Source: Octopus bimaculoides
Lineage: Eukaryota
Reading direction: 5' to 3'
Assembly (NCBI RefSeq): GCF_001194135.2
Contig: NC_068983.1
Span: 53,156,280 to 53,220,279 of the forward strand
DNA length: 64,000 bases
The number at the start of each line of letters is the position of its first letter. Position 1 is the stretch's first letter. Shown here one piece after another: positions 37,661 to 51,629 of the stretch. The notes beneath the pieces were generated by a model. That model made no database searches. It was not told where the DNA came from and was given only the letters and a program-made list of their open reading frames with translations. The position numbers were made by a program, and so were the translations under genes.

Positions 37661-37950
37661 GGTGTCTGTGTGTGTGTTTGTGTATTATGCATACATACAT
37701 GCATGCTTACATATTCTACATATATGTATACTATCCACATATATGTGTATATCTACTTCTATCTAGTTATCTATCTGTCTGTCTGTCTATCTATTTATCA
37801 ATCTGTCTATTTGTGTGGTTGTGTGTATTACATATGTACACTATTGTGTATAGTATACTTACATATCATACATACATATGTGTTATACATGTGTGTGTGT
37901 GTGTGTGTGTGTATATATTTATACACACACACACACACACACACACACTA
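37000..37950. repeat. Compound (TG)/(CA)/(TA)/(TCTA) microsatellite-rich region
   Basis: Directly visible. Source of many H/T/V/C/Y-rich spurious ORFs. Confidence 0.9.
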
Positions 37951-40392
37951 GCAGAGAAAATAAATGTATGTGTGCAGGAATAATAATGTTCTTAATTAAT
38001 TGAACCTGCAACAGCATAGGACATGAAGAATTGGATGCTTGAAAATATTGCAGACGAAGTTGGAATTTAACATACATCTTTGTTTGGTTGGTTTGGAATG
38101 GGGGAAAGTAGATAAAAGAATGATGAGAAGTGTAGTGTGTATGTTTGAGAAACATGCTGGTAATGCGGTAAGTTTGAAAAGCTATATTTCTTCCATCATA
38201 ACACCCTCTCATATGCGTGTCTGAGATTATGCTCAGCATAAACCACTGATCCTAAAAACATAAATCAAATTTTGTACAGTTTGGGAAAACATTGTTTATT
38301 GTTCAAGTTTTATAGAAGCCATGCATGTTGGGCCTGAAATTTCTGGGTATCAAGACCTCAAGAGTATTGGATTTCCAGATGTCCATGACCGTAGATTCCC
38401 AAACCTTTGTATCTCCCGGGAAATAGATTTTTTTAGTCACTAAAACCACCTCATCATTTAACCCTCATTATTTCTGAGCTGATAAGGTATTGCTGCATTG
38501 ACTGTTTCTCAGTAAAGTAAATTGCATCTTCATCAATATTTCCTCCTCCTCCTAGATGAGCTTATTTTTCTGTGTCTAAATCTCAGTTCAGTTTTAGTTC
38601 AGGAAAAAAAAAAAAGCTTGAGAGGAAGGTAGCTGACCATTGTTAAATTTTGAAAGACAAGCAACAACTATATCATATATGAGTTACTCAACTTCCTCTT
38701 CTCATCCACCATATTTTATAGGGTGTTACTCTTTTGTTTTTTCATCCTTTCTCATCCTTCCTCTGTCTTCTGATTCATTATTATAAGTCTCCTGCTCTTC
38801 ACACCAAATTTTTTTCGATCACCTTCCACTCTCTCTTACCTTCCCCACATTCCCAAACTATCATTGTCCAAGCACTGTCCACCATTCACTACATCCACCT
38901 TTTAGCCCAACAACCCTGACCTACTCTTTCCCTCCTTCCCTATTTATTATTCCTCAACACTTGTTTTTCATTATAGTCACATCTCCACCCCCCCATCTAT
39001 TTCCTACCCCTAACCATCTCTCAATCTCCTATATCCTTGCAGCCTCTACCCACCAGCACTCTGTTTTCCTGTCCTCATTCACTTTTACTTACTTTGTATC
39101 TTGAGCATCCATCCTGACACATCATCACAACTATTTTTATCTCTTTCCAGCTCTACCATGACCACCTCCACTATCTCTTCTATAATGTGAAGAGCCAAAT
39201 AGCTCTTCAATAGCAAGTAACTTACTTCATCCTAGTACATTCTCTCGGATTTTTAACCTTTTGTCCTTTGGCATAAATCCAACTCCCTCTCTTCCACAGC
39301 TCCTCTGAATTGAAGGGGGTCTTTATCTTATCTGCATAGTGACCTTACTAGTACTGGTATTACAAAAAAAGAAAAAAGCATCCGGAATATATTTTTGATG
39401 TTAGAAAGGGCATTTAGCCATAGAAACCAAGCCAAAGCAGTCATGGGAGCATGACGCAGTCCTCTGAGTTGTCAACTCTCATCAAATCATCCAATCCATG
39501 TTAGCAATGGAACAGGGACATTAAATGATGATGATGAAGATATAATGTAGGAAATTCTATATAGAATTTTCTTTGTTGGAGGATTAGAATTCAAAGAGCA
39601 GCATACTTTTACATTTGAATGAATTGTAAAACATTTTTGTTTTTATTTCAATTCAACTTCAAATGCAATAATTTTAAGTTTCCACTCCTGCTTGTCTTTT
39701 GCTTTCCCAAGTTCAATTAAGAATATTATCACTCCTCCACCTCTATTTTTGCTGCTAGTCCACTCTCCTTACAAGCAACACTTTTAGCAGCTAAAAAGTA
39801 ATTGTTATTGAGTTAAAACTTAAAAAGGATAAAAGATAGAATAAAAAGAATTCTGTCAAGATTTTTTACCTATAGTAAAAAAGTAAATGTGAATGTAATT
39901 ATAATTAAAGACTAAGATACAAGCCAAGTGGTTGAAAAGGGTTTTAGCTTAGAGCAGAAACAAAGTACATCTCTATGAGAATGTTTGAAGATGCATCTAT
40001 TGAGAAAAATAATGTGTTTTGAATTTTATAAATTTACTTCAAATGATTGTTTTGGTCTGAAAGCTTAAATGATGTTTTCCTGTTGGATTTTAGAAGCGAT
40101 TTGAACCATTTGAAACCTGTCCAACATTGTGGTAAAGAAACAAGAATTATATAGATGGAAATTCTGTTTTGTTTCCTCGTTAATAAAGGGTGGGTAGTGG
40201 TCAAAATTTGCCTAATATTTCTGTGTAAGTTGTCAGGGTTGTAACAACTGTGCTGATACATTCTATATTTCTGTGGGGTAGATATCATTATACTGAAAAC
40301 TGAGGACAGGAGGATATAAAAAGTCAAGTGACCACAATGAGGCCTCTCTCATTTCATATGCCGGTTTAACAGTTATTCATGCCTGTGCTGTG

Positions 40393-40703
40393 TTGTTGTT
40401 GTTGTTGTTGTTTATTCATTCTTGAGTCATGCCTGGCTCATAGGGGCCGGTTTCATTGGTTTATAGGTTCCCCACCTGGACAAGACGCCGGTCCATCAAA
40501 GGTGAGCTGCTATATGCAGGAAGAAAGAGTAAGAGAAAGTTGTGGCGAAAGAGTCAGCAGAAGTCCGCCATTACCTTCTGCCAAAGCCATGTGGAGCTTA
40601 AGTGTTTCGCTCATAAACACACACATTACATGGTCTGAGACTCAGACCTACGATCCCTCAGCTGTGAGTCCGCTACTCTAACCACTAGGCCATCTGCCTC
40701 CAC
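40393..40703 (-). mobile_element. tRNA-derived SINE with (CAA)n tail and 15-bp TSD
   Basis: catgcctgtgctgtg at 40378-40392 and 40704-40718. Same family as 11434-11726. Confidence 0.9.
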
Positions 40704-40949
40704 CATGCCTGTGCTGTGGGTATATTTATTCAGAGAGTCAGTGAGGCAGAGTTTATTTAAAATATTGAAATTTTGACAAAAAAATTATTTGTCAGGGATT
40801 AGGCTGTTATTTCAAGCATGCTGGACAGCATTACTGAGGCTGCCTGTATTTCAAATGGTGGTTCAACAAGAATCCCTGCATTCAGGAATGAGTAGTCAAA
40901 TTTAAGCATCCACAATATTAGTATGGGGGGGGGGGTGAGGCGGATAGTA

Positions 40950-41460
40950 TAGAGAGACTTAAAGAATTTCAAGCTGAATTTCAAGCACTTCTGAATGGAC
41001 TTGACATAAACATTCAGTTTAGGAAGCCACCAACAACTTCCATTCCTCGACATACTCATTAAGAAATCCAACAACAAAAGAGAAACAGACATCTACTATA
41101 AGCCCATGGACTCCAAGCAATATCTGCCATTCAAATCTTGCCACCCCAGACACACTAGAATGAATATCCCTTACAACCTGGCAGAAAGGATTTGTAATAT
41201 ATTATTTGATAGAAGCACCAGGGACACACGGCTACATGAGCTAAAGGATACACTCATCAACAGGAACTACCTGCCATCGCTAATTGGTATAGGCTTTCAA
41301 CGTGCCTTAAAATTCAACATCCACGAACTCAGACACCCCAGACTAAAGAAAGATTTAAAACCAAGAGCCCTACCATACATATCCATGCACAACCTCCTAA
41401 ACAATGAGGCCTTCGACACCATCCTCCAGAACAAATGTTCATCACAAAGGAATCTTTCTT
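40950..41460 (+). mobile_element. Penelope-like element reverse transcriptase C-terminal fragment
   Basis: QQLPFLDILIKK...TDIYYKPMDSKQYLPFKSCHPRHTRMNIPYNLAERIC is the characteristic PLE RT thumb region. Confidence 0.9.
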
Positions 41461-42329
41461 TTTTTTAACTCCTTTTTCCAGTCTGAAGGGCAAATACTCG
41501 GACAAAAATCAAAAATAGTGACTAAAATGACCAAAACTTTCCAAATTTACTTTACCACAGAGATGAATCTTTAATTATATTAATTAATTATTTTTTTGAA
41601 AAAATCATAATGTGTACATATGTATGTGCGGTGTGTGTATGTGTGCACAAATATGAACGTGTACATATATAGATGTCTTTGAGTGTGTGTGTGTGTATGT
41701 GTATACATATTTGTGTGTGTGTGTATATATATATATGTATATATCTATGTATATATGTATGTATATATGTGTGTGTGTGTGTGTATGTATATATATGTAA
41801 TTACTGTTTTAGTGTATAGTGGACTCAAAAATCACTCTTTTGAAAACATCTAGAATTTCAATGAAAAAAATTGACTACATCCATACAACTATTCTTTAAT
41901 GAATACAAAAGAACAAGACCTGGAAATGTAATTATAATTTTTATTGAAGAATGTCAAAAACAACATCTGGGTTTCCAATTAAAACCTTGACCAATTCAAA
42001 TACAAAAATTCTTTTTCCCTTCCCCACCTTAAAAGGCCACAAGGTCCTAAACAAACAAATCTGACCATACAAAAGCCATGCCTCTTTACCTCCCACTCCT
42101 TCTCAAAAATTTCTTTCTTTCTTTTCCCTTGCTTGGCAAAACCCAGAAAATTCTTTATATATAAAAAGGCCAAGAAATCTAACTTTAAACCATTTTTTGA
42201 TAAATCTGATAACAGAAGAAAGCACTAAAGATGTAAATAAGATGTAAATAAATAAAAAGATATATATATAATCATCCAACATTGTGACTACCTTGTTATT
42301 CTAAATATATATATATATATATATATAGT

Positions 42330-42659
42330 GAGATCGTTGCCAGTTCTGCTGGACTGGCTCTTGTGCAAGTGGCACATAAAATATACCATTTCGACTGGCT
42401 TGTGCGGGTGGCACATAAAAGACACCATTTCAAGCATGGTCGTTGCCAGTACATCCTGACTGACCTTCATGCCAGTGGCACATAAAAGCACCCACTACAC
42501 TCTCGGAATGGTTGGCGTTAGGAAGGGCATCCAGCTGTAGAAACTCTGCCAAATCAGATTGGAGCCTGGTGTAGCCATCTGGATCACCAGTCCTCAGTCA
42601 AATCGTCCAACCCATGCTAGCATAGAAAGTGGACGTTAAACGATGATGATGATGATGAT
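42330..42659 (+). mobile_element. RTE-type 3' tail element with short internal ggcacataaaa repeats
   Basis: Same family as 16961-17176, with (GAT)n tail. Confidence 0.9.
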
Positions 42660-42871
42660 ATATATATATATGAGAAGAGATGACCACTAAGTGGACATCC
42701 ATTATGCTAGAGATAGAACATCTACGGTCAAACCACAAAAGAAAAGAATGTTCTCTAGGGAAATTCAGCGCACACCAGAATATGAATTAATATCCAAATT
42801 ATCACCCTTACTACTTAAATTTTATATATATATATATCTGTAAAAATATGTGACAATTATTCGGTAACCAT

Positions 42872-42927
42872 GATAAAACTCCTAGTTTCGGATGCTGGAA
42901 ACCCATGCCGCTATCTCTTCAGTTATC
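42872..42927 (-). ncRNA. Candidate type-I hammerhead motif with imperfect stem II
   Basis: Minus strand gataa-CTGAAGA-gatagc...gcatcc-GAAA-c(tagga)g-TT-ttatc. Perfect 5-bp stem I, 2-bp helix III with loop, GUU triplet. Confidence 0.55.
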
Positions 42928-43479
42928 TGGTCATTCTTGGAAATGTCTGAACCACTCATTCACTTGTGTGCGGCTCATACACTCCTCTCCATGCACATTC
43001 TGCAACTTTGTGTTGGCTTCTGAGCAGATATTGCCATGACAACTTTCTCTGTCATAGTCAATGTGACGATCACATGATACACACGTTCCTTCCTATCACT
43101 GCTGTAAACAGCAAAAGTGAGCTAGAATGTTAAAACTTATTGTGCATGCACAACAGAATTCAAGGTCAGTCTGTGCCAAGTAGCTTCACTCTGCATGCTT
43201 TAGTTTCATTACTATGGCAACAGTCCGGATACTTATTGATCAGACCTTGTATATATTTATATATGAATTTATGTTTATCGTTATGTTTATACTTATATAT
43301 GTATGAATTTATATTCATATTTATTTATATATATATATGTTTATTATACATTATATACATTCATACGCACACATACACATGCACATACACACACATGTAT
43401 GTAGGCATGAATAGTTATGCTGTTAACTTAGAAATGGATGAAGTAATTGATGCGGTCAGTGTGTGCAATAGGTTAAGAT

Positions 43480-43810
43480 GGGGCTTGTTATAGACAAGTC
43501 AACAGCAACATTTATTCTGAGTACACTCCACAACCAGGATTGACAGATGAACAGAAGGGCTGTTTCTATGTGAACCTTGCTTGCTTACTAACCTCAATGA
43601 CATTTGACTGTGACTTCATTATCATAACCGATCATTATGAAAGATATTTGTTTCATGAGATCTATGGAGGTTATAGACATGGGAAGAAAAATGAAGTGGG
43701 TATAAAGCTTTTGGATGCAACTGGTCTGACAAACTGTAACATAATCTTCAAGAAATTAGCCAACCAACTCCTCTCCTGTTAATGTAGTGAACACTGAAGT
43801 CAGATTTCGT
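43480..43810 (+). mobile_element. Decayed RTE apurinic-endonuclease domain fragment
   Basis: PQPGLTDEQKGCFY...FHEIYGGYRHGKKNEVGIKLLD..LTNCNIIFKKLANQLL matches the RTE APE motif order. Confidence 0.65.
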
Positions 43811-43935
43811 TCTTACTAGGAAATGAGATAGACGGCCATTACAGATATTTAGACCTTTAATGGTGAAGAATATATTAACAATGATGGCATTGACAGTGAT
43901 ATTTATATATACAAATATCATCATCTAGCATAGAT

Positions 43936-44062
43936 CTGGCTGTGTGTTAAGTAGTTCGCTTCCCAACCACTTGATATTGGGTTCAGCTCCGCTGTGTGGC
44001 GCCTTGGGCAAGTATCTTGTACTATAGTTCGAGGCTAATCAAAGAAACTGAAAGAAGCTCGT
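43936..44062 (+). mobile_element. OK/OR-like SINE fragment
   Basis: tggctgtgtgttaagtagttcgcttcccaacc...ggcgccttgggcaagtatctt. Confidence 0.75.
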
Positions 44063-44281
44063 AACATTGAGTCATCACGTATCTGAGATAAAGATTGGTC
44101 TCTGTGTTTTTGAATACATTCACATCTGTGTTTTGTAGATTCATAAGGCTTTACAGTAATGTATTGAAAAGATCCTTATTGTAGATGTAGAAGGTTTGGT
44201 ACTATGCAGTTGCATCCGTCTTAGGGGGTTGGTATAGCTTTTAATCTCAAAGTCCGGTTCTAGACATTCAAAGATCTCCCA

Positions 44282-44322
<41 letters not shown>

Positions 44323-46204
44323 AAAGAGATGAAGGAATCAAGAGGAAGGTTAGAAAGCATGTAAGAATGTTGTTTATTGGGCAGGACCTAAGGAAAGAAG
44401 AAAGGGAAGGTGTGTAGATGCATGTTTGTGTGCATATCTGAGTCTGGAAGCAAGCATAAGATGGAATAATGTGTGTGTGTGTGTCCATGCTAGCGTGATG
44501 TATGTATATCTGTAAATGTGTGCAAGTGTACAGTTTCACTTTGGCTCTCCTTATTTTCGCTGATGTCTTTGAATCACCAATTCTTTCTTCTGTCCAACAT
44601 TTCTGCTTCACAATGACTCACTCTTTGGTTTGCCAACCCCACAACACTTCATGCATTTCTGCTCTACCCACTTAATAATTACTCCCACACACCAGGAACC
44701 CTAGTCCTACTAATTATTATACTTCCACACACATTTATACACATACATACACCATACACATACGTGTGCAAACTTCCAGACACAGATGCATCTCAGTACA
44801 TGCACCTACACACCAACCCTTTCCGCCCATTTTTAACTCCATCTGTAAAACAGTATTCCCACATGTTTTCTAATCTTTTAAACTTCTAAGACACTAACAT
44901 TCTCTTTCTCCATTCATGCATTAAATTAATATAATTTTTGATCAAACTTTTTTTTATTTTGTGTAGTATTTTTTAATGCTTATGGCCTTTTACTCAAGAT
45001 ATTCAACACCTACGTGAACTTCCTCTGGATTCAACTTCAGAATCTCAGCTTTGTTTGCTTCACTAGATTACTTCTGAGATTAGTTTTGATATCATTTTAC
45101 CACACACACATGCACAAACAGACACGCTTGCTCACTCACTCACACACACATGGCAAACATAAATAACTGTGTTGAAAATGAGGGCTGGATGTTAACAGAA
45201 AGTGGCTCAAAGGAAATTGAGTAATGACTGGTAGCACAAGAAGTATGGTCAATGGTAAATATGGAAGGTGGGGACATTGTTAAAAATCTGTCATAGGGGA
45301 AAATGGGAAGTAGCTCAATTAAGAGAGAATGATAACTGGCAGTAAAGAAAGAATGAGGATTTGATAAAATAATGCACAAGACTGAAATCTGATTGAGAGA
45401 TGATTAATAATGTGTTGAGGAGCTAAGGAGAGCAGCAGGTGTCGGTTTGACAGGGACGTGTCAAATGAGTGGGGGACCAGTCATGAATGTATACATTATG
45501 CTTTTAGTACTTTATTTTCATCCTTTAGCACAGATGGGTGAGTCCTCTTGAGCACTGCATATCACTGTTTAACTTGTTCCTTTGTCATTTCCTTTATAGT
45601 GATAAACCATCACCAGTTTGTCCTTTGTCTTTCATAACTTTTGTTTGTAAAGGATCAGCATTTCTCCATACAGTTGTCCTCGTCCAAATGCATCACATAC
45701 TCACTCCAATGAAGTCTTCTCTCATGCATATTACTTTTGGTTCATTTTATCCCCATTTTATTCTTAATATATTTGTACTCTGTTGTTCATGTCTACAGAT
45801 ATTGTGCATTCACAAAAGTATGCTTTCTTCATTTCTTTCTAGTCTTTGTGTTCAGTGCCCATGTCTCAATATTATTTAGTAGTGCAGTCTGTAAACAAGC
45901 ATCATATAGTCTACCTTTTCATTCTGAGAGAAAAACTTTTTTTTTTACCAACAGAGATAAAGCTCCCTGCACTTTCTCCATCTTATATATTCTTTGGTAC
46001 TTTCAGAACAACCTCCTCTGTTGCTAATTAGGTCAACAAGGTAACAGAGACTAGCTACTATCTGAAGGGACTCTCCTGGGTATTTGAGAAAACCTGTTTT
46101 CTGTGTGTTCTTTGTGTTTGTTTCTTCGTATTTGCCTCATGCAAAATCTCCACTCTCAGTTTTTTTTTTGTTAACCTACCTATGATTCCAATGCATGTGT
46201 ATCC

Positions 46205-46440
46205 ATTTATATATGACCACCTTCATCCTTTTGGATCTTTTTGACAAATAGTCTTGGAAAGTGATTGGTACATTTGTTGCTTTTTATGCTAGTGGACTTA
46301 TTGAAGGCATCACTGGGACAATTAATCATCTGGATCTTAACAATGCTAAGCAGCTCTTTCTCTTTGTATTGATCTTTGAGCTCTGAAAATCAGGTGGGAT
46401 GAATCTGGTTGAAGTGACTCTTATTTGTAAACATCTACAT
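46205..46440 (-). mobile_element. Decayed Helitron RepHel (Rep domain) fragment
   Basis: ELKDQYKEKELLSIVKIQMINCPSDAFNKSTSIKSNKCTNHFPRLFVKKIQKDEGG parallels the Helitron motif 'L..IVK..MIHGPCG.....CM..GKC.K.YPR.F...T....GYP'. Confidence 0.5.
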
Positions 46441-46958
46441 GTGGCAAGTGCTTACACTGTAGCATTATTAAGGGAAACAATTTGTAGCCAGTTTGTTTTG
46501 TATATAAAACCATCTGATTATGATCGTAATTTGAACCCACACTCTCAAAATTTTTCTTCCTGTTGAAATAATAATCAGCTGTTATATCATAATCAGCAAC
46601 AACTTTATTTAAATGAATTCTTCAGCTAAAACTGTCACTTTGCTACCGATTCTAGAGACATAGAAAATACAGGACAGACCTGAAAGAGGTTTTGAGGGTA
46701 GGAGAGGGATAAATAAAGAGAATGGGACAGTCAGAGACAAGGGAAAGAGACTGACTGGAAATACAAAGCTTTTGATGAGGAGTAGGATGAGGGGTAACAA
46801 TAAAAGACAAAGATATAGCGCTGTGGTAGTAGTTGAGAACAGGTGATAACTAGGTACAAGAGAAAGGAAAAAGAGAAAATGGACCCAGGCACATACACAT
46901 GCACACAAACTTTCTCAAATATGCAATAGACACACATATATCATGTATTATATATACA

Positions 46959-47401
46959 CAGGTCATTGTCACCTCACGACCACAATTGGTTCCAACTGAG
47001 TGGTCGTAAGTCGATTTGGTTGTAAGTTGGCCTTCATGGATTTGTTTTATATTTTTACATTTTTAAAGTACATTCTCAGGTAAAAGTCATACACAGCATT
47101 CTGCATTATACTATTATACTGGTGTTAGTCAAAAATTCCGGACTCTCAAGCAGTCGTCTTATAAACAAATACGAGATTGCCTTGATGTCTCCGCGATGGA
47201 ATAGTCATCCAACACAGTGGCAATCAATAACCAAACCTAGGGGAAATGTTTGTTAGCTAACGTCATCCATAGACAGGTTAATTTCTAAGGAATTAAACCC
47301 ATTAGATTTTAAGTGGATTATTTATTATTGCGGCTGGGTGCTGGTGCACCAATCATCATAAAGTTGACCAGTCGTAAGTCAGATAGGTCATAAGTTGAGG
47401 T
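46959..47401. mobile_element. Tigger/pogo-derived MITE (degenerate)
   Basis: TA|CAGGT..acctcacgaccacaattggttcc..tggtcgtaagtcg at the left end. Repeated gtcgtaagtc/gtcataagttgagg subterminal motifs at the right end; the right TIR is eroded. Confidence 0.55.
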
Positions 47402-47559
47402 ATGGGTTTTGATGGTTTGACTGGAGCTGCTTTGGTATAGTTTCTATGTTCTATGGCTGGATGCCCTTCCTAATGCCAGCCACTTTGCAAAATGTACTGG
47501 GTGAATTTTTGTGTAGCACCAGTGTGCGCACACACACACACACATAGACTAATGTATAC

Positions 47560-48170
47560 CTACATTCAGATATACTCACACACACATGCTGAATCTACTC
47601 TCAAGGCAGATTGCCAGGCAGTGAACCACAGTGATTTGTAACATTGTGGGGAAGAAGTGTGTATCTATGGATAATGATATACATAATCCTACTGATTCTG
47701 AAAAGAAAGATGTATGGATGTGCTACTATGAAAGGCAGTTATTTATGAAGGATGCCTGGAAGACAGCCTTCCTAGTTCAGACCAAACAGAGCAACCAACC
47801 ATTGGATACCAAGATAGGAAGACTCTTGGCCCATCAGAAATTACCACTGAGATGCATATAATATTTGATGGAATAAGATCTGAACTAGCTACTTGTATAG
47901 CCAATCAGGTTGTACAGAAAGTGTCGTCACCATCAACTGTCAGAGCAAAGATTCCTTAGTGAACAGTGATCACAGCAGTATTAAATTGTTGGAATAGTTA
48001 TAGAAAGAGTATTGGTTCAATAATTAGGAAGAGAGTTGACCTTAATGAGATGTAGTTTGGCTTTATGACAGAAAGAAGTACTACTGATGTCATCTTCTTA
48101 GTTAGACATCTACAGGACAAAAACCTAGCTAGGAATGAGCTGTTGTACCTAGTATCCGAGAAAATCTCTT
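47560..48170 (+). mobile_element. Decayed RTE ORF2 (linker-RT) fragment
   Basis: DSEKKDVWMCYYERQLFMKDAW and VDLNEM*FGFMTERSTTDVIFLVRHLQDKNLA. Confidence 0.75.
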
Positions 48171-48490
48171 CCATATGTGCTCTTAGTGTTTATTGCTCTC
48201 ATGCATCAGCCAATTATAAAACCTGCTTTCTGTTAATCTGGACTTCTTGGAAGGCTTGCTGGCAATGATGACTGGAAGGTCATCGTCACCAGCAAGAACC
48301 GCATTGAGTTGAAATAAGCACAGGAAAGAAGTTATTAACATTCTGAGTCTTTCATTACACATGTTCCAATAATCTTTTACTGATTATATTTATCAAATGG
48401 AATATATCAAAATATAAGCAGACTGGAAAGACTGTCTTTGTATGTATGTATGCATGTAATGTATATAATGCATGTATGTTTGTGTGTGTG

Positions 48491-48549
<59 letters not shown>

Positions 48550-48757
48550 CGCTCTCATTCCTAATTCTCTGCAAGAAAACTTTTTTGTGAGCACCACCAA
48601 TTGGGAAGCACTTGGTATTATCATTAAAGGTGTAAAACTGAATATTACCAATTGGTCAATAACTGATGAAGAATTATGGATCTTTTGTTTGTTTCCTCTT
48701 TGTTTTTACATTCAGCATACATTATATCATTTGTTTATTCACCATACATTTTTCATA

Positions 48758-48880
48758 GCTGTAGAAACCTTGCCAGATCAGATTGGAGCCTGGCACAGCA
48801 TACTGGCTTGCCAGTCCCCTCGTCAAACTGTCCAACCTATGCCAGCATAGAAAATGGACGTTAAACGATGATGATGATGA
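48758..48880 (+). mobile_element. 5'-truncated RTE-type tail
   Basis: agctgtagaaaccttgccagatcagattggagcc...ggacgttaaacgatgatg. Confidence 0.85.
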
Positions 48881-48901
48881 TATATATATATCTATATATT
48901 T

Positions 48902-49236
48902 AGGGCAGAAACAACCTGTCTCCAGCATGCTTGAAGTGCCAGTACCTTCAAAAAAACTAATGCAAATGTTTGTATGGAGATGTGTGAACTTGCTTTGGAC
49001 AATATGTACAATTATTTGGAATTATATTTCCCCATTGTGTATTGTGTTGACGAAGGAAGAAAGCTTATCTTTTGCTTTACTCCAGAAATTGGAACCAATT
49101 CACAATTAACGTGAGGTCTTTTTAATTTTCTCTCACTATCCCACTTTCAGCCATGTGTATATTTAGTTGGAGTTTTTGGTAGTTTTTTGAAGGTATCGGT
49201 ACTTCAGGCATGCTGGAGAAAGGTCGTTTTCACCTG
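48902..49236. mobile_element. Old MITE-like element with ~55-bp imperfect terminal inverted repeats
   Basis: acaacctgtctccagcatgcttgaagtgccagtaccttcaaaaaaacta versus the reverse complement of tagttttttgaaggtatcggtacttcaggcatgctggagaaaggtcgt. No clear TSD. Confidence 0.6.
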
Positions 49237-49366
49237 ATCTCCCTTGATATAATTATATACATAGGTAAATTATTATTAATATAATATATTAATTGCCTAT
49301 AAATTTTTATAGCATGCTGACTACTTGATAAAAATCATCAATGTGATTTTTATCCTTATATTCTTT

Positions 49367-49410
<44 letters not shown>

Positions 49411-49724
49411 AAGTAATAAGGTACTCAGATATCTGGACGGTTGTACATTTACAGATTTTTATTAATATGTCACGTTTTTATAAATCATATATTAATGCTT
49501 GCATCTACTTAGAGTAGATGCAAGCGCTTATTATTTTTTCTAATATATAATACCTGTACATCACCTCCAAACCTTCTAATATATATATATATGCAGTCAT
49601 GCTCAAACAAAGTACATATGTTTCTCACATTCCATGGATAGGAAAATATAAGAGATATATGCTATTTCCCTATCACACAGACACAAACGTCTATGTATGT
49701 TTGTATGGCTTTTCTGGAGCACCA

Positions 49725-50048
49725 CTTTGAAGGGTTTTATTCAAACAGATTGGTCCCCAGTACTTATTTTTAAATCAGGCTCTTATTCTATTTTGCCTAA
49801 CCACTAAAGTACAAGGATGTAAACATACTTACACTGGTTGTCAAGTGGTGGAATTGAGAAGAAACACAGACCCAAAGACACACACTCACACACACAACAG
49901 GCTTCCATACAGTTTCCATCTACCAAATTTGGTTATGAGATATTGGTCCGCGTGTGGTTATAGGAGAAGATGCTTGCTGAAGTTGTCTTGCAGTGGGACT
50001 AAATATGAAACCACATGGCTGGAAACTGAGCGTCTTAACCACACAGCT
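49725..50048 (-). mobile_element. OK/OR-like SINE (degenerate, near full length)
   Basis: Homologous to 24670-25084. Confidence 0.8.
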
Positions 50049-50259
50049 ATATTGTAGTTGCGTGTGATTTGAAACTAAGTATTCTCCATCATTTTATCAT
50101 TTCTTTTGGGGTTTTTTAAATGTTGTTTCTCAGTTGTTTCAATGTGTGAGTAAAATAGTAAACAATCTTGAATGACAAGATCATAAGGACACACTTAAGC
50201 AATCTGGGTTCGTGAGTACACTTAGGAAATATAATTGTGTCTAATCAAGATACAAGATC

Positions 50260-50450
50260 AATTTTTAAGGGGAGAGATTCACTGATACCATTGCCCTCAG
50301 CACTTAACTAGCACTTAATATTATTGACCCTGAAGAGATGAAAGGCAGGGTTCACCTCAGCAGGAATTTGAACTCAGAATGTTAAAAGTTGGAAGAAATA
50401 CTGCGAATTGTTACATCCAGTACTCTACCAATTCTGCTGAAGTACCACCC
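50260..50450 (-). mobile_element. Degenerate tRNA-derived SINE (another family)
   Basis: ttattgaccctgaagagatgaaaggcaggg...ggaatttgaactcagaa (reverse-complement B-box). Confidence 0.55.
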
Positions 50451-51592
50451 TTGCCCTAGTAACTCTGTCAATACACTGCACTTCCTCTAACAATTCTGTC
50501 AGTACACTATTCTTGCTTTAACAATTTTTCCACTCTTATTTTTAGCCTTTCCTTTCTCCTCATCCCTTTTTTGCCCTCCCTCTTTCTTTTTTCTGTATTA
50601 CCACTTATAACTTCATCCTTCATGATTCACTCCTATTTTCCTTACATTTCTGCAAACTGAGACTCACCGCTGCCCACACCCCCATTTCATTGCATTCACT
50701 TGTGTCCTCAACTCTACAATCTCTCTCTCTCTCAGGAACCTACCTACCCACCTAGCTACCCTTGATTCATTTCTCTGCCCCTATTTTTTCTTTGTTGTCT
50801 TTCTTGTACCTTGAGAGTATGCTCTCTGCCATCTTTTTCCTCTTCCTGGTGTAGTAGCCATGAATTTCTTCTACAGCAAGACAACCGTTCCTGACCCTCT
50901 TTCATACTTTAACTCTTAGCATGTGGCATAAAGGCACCTCCTTCTGTGTTACACTCCACGCTGTCAAAGAGTCCTGTGTTGTGAGTTACTTGGTGATTTC
51001 AAAAGTGCTACTGCCACAAATAAAAAGCACCCAGTACACTCTGTAAAGTGGCTGGCATTAGGAAGAGCATCCAACTATAGAGACCTTGCCAAAGTAGACA
51101 TTGGAGACCAATCCCTTTCCCAGGTTAGTTGGATCCTGTCAAATCATCCAACTTTTAAATAATGATGACATATTAATTTTTAAATATTATATATATATAT
51201 ATATATACACACATATGAGTGAGTAGACAAATAAAAGCAAGGTACTCAACATGCTTGAAACTCAGAGTACCAAGGAGTCTGAATCAAGCCATTTCAATCT
51301 TATATATATATATATATATCATCAGTGTATCATATATCTGAAAAAGTAGCACACTCTAAGGTATAGAGCAATAATGTATTTATACTAGCCCCTTCCACCT
51401 CATATACCATATGTATAAATATAAATATAAACTATAAGTATATATGCATATATATATAAAATACAAATATTATGTAATAAAAAATCTGCCTCACCATATT
51501 CCATCTAACCCATGCAAGTATGGTAAAGTAGATGTTAAAATGATGATAATGATAACATGTTTTAAATATGTGTGACTATAGGTGTGTGTTTT

Positions 51593-51629
<37 letters not shown>

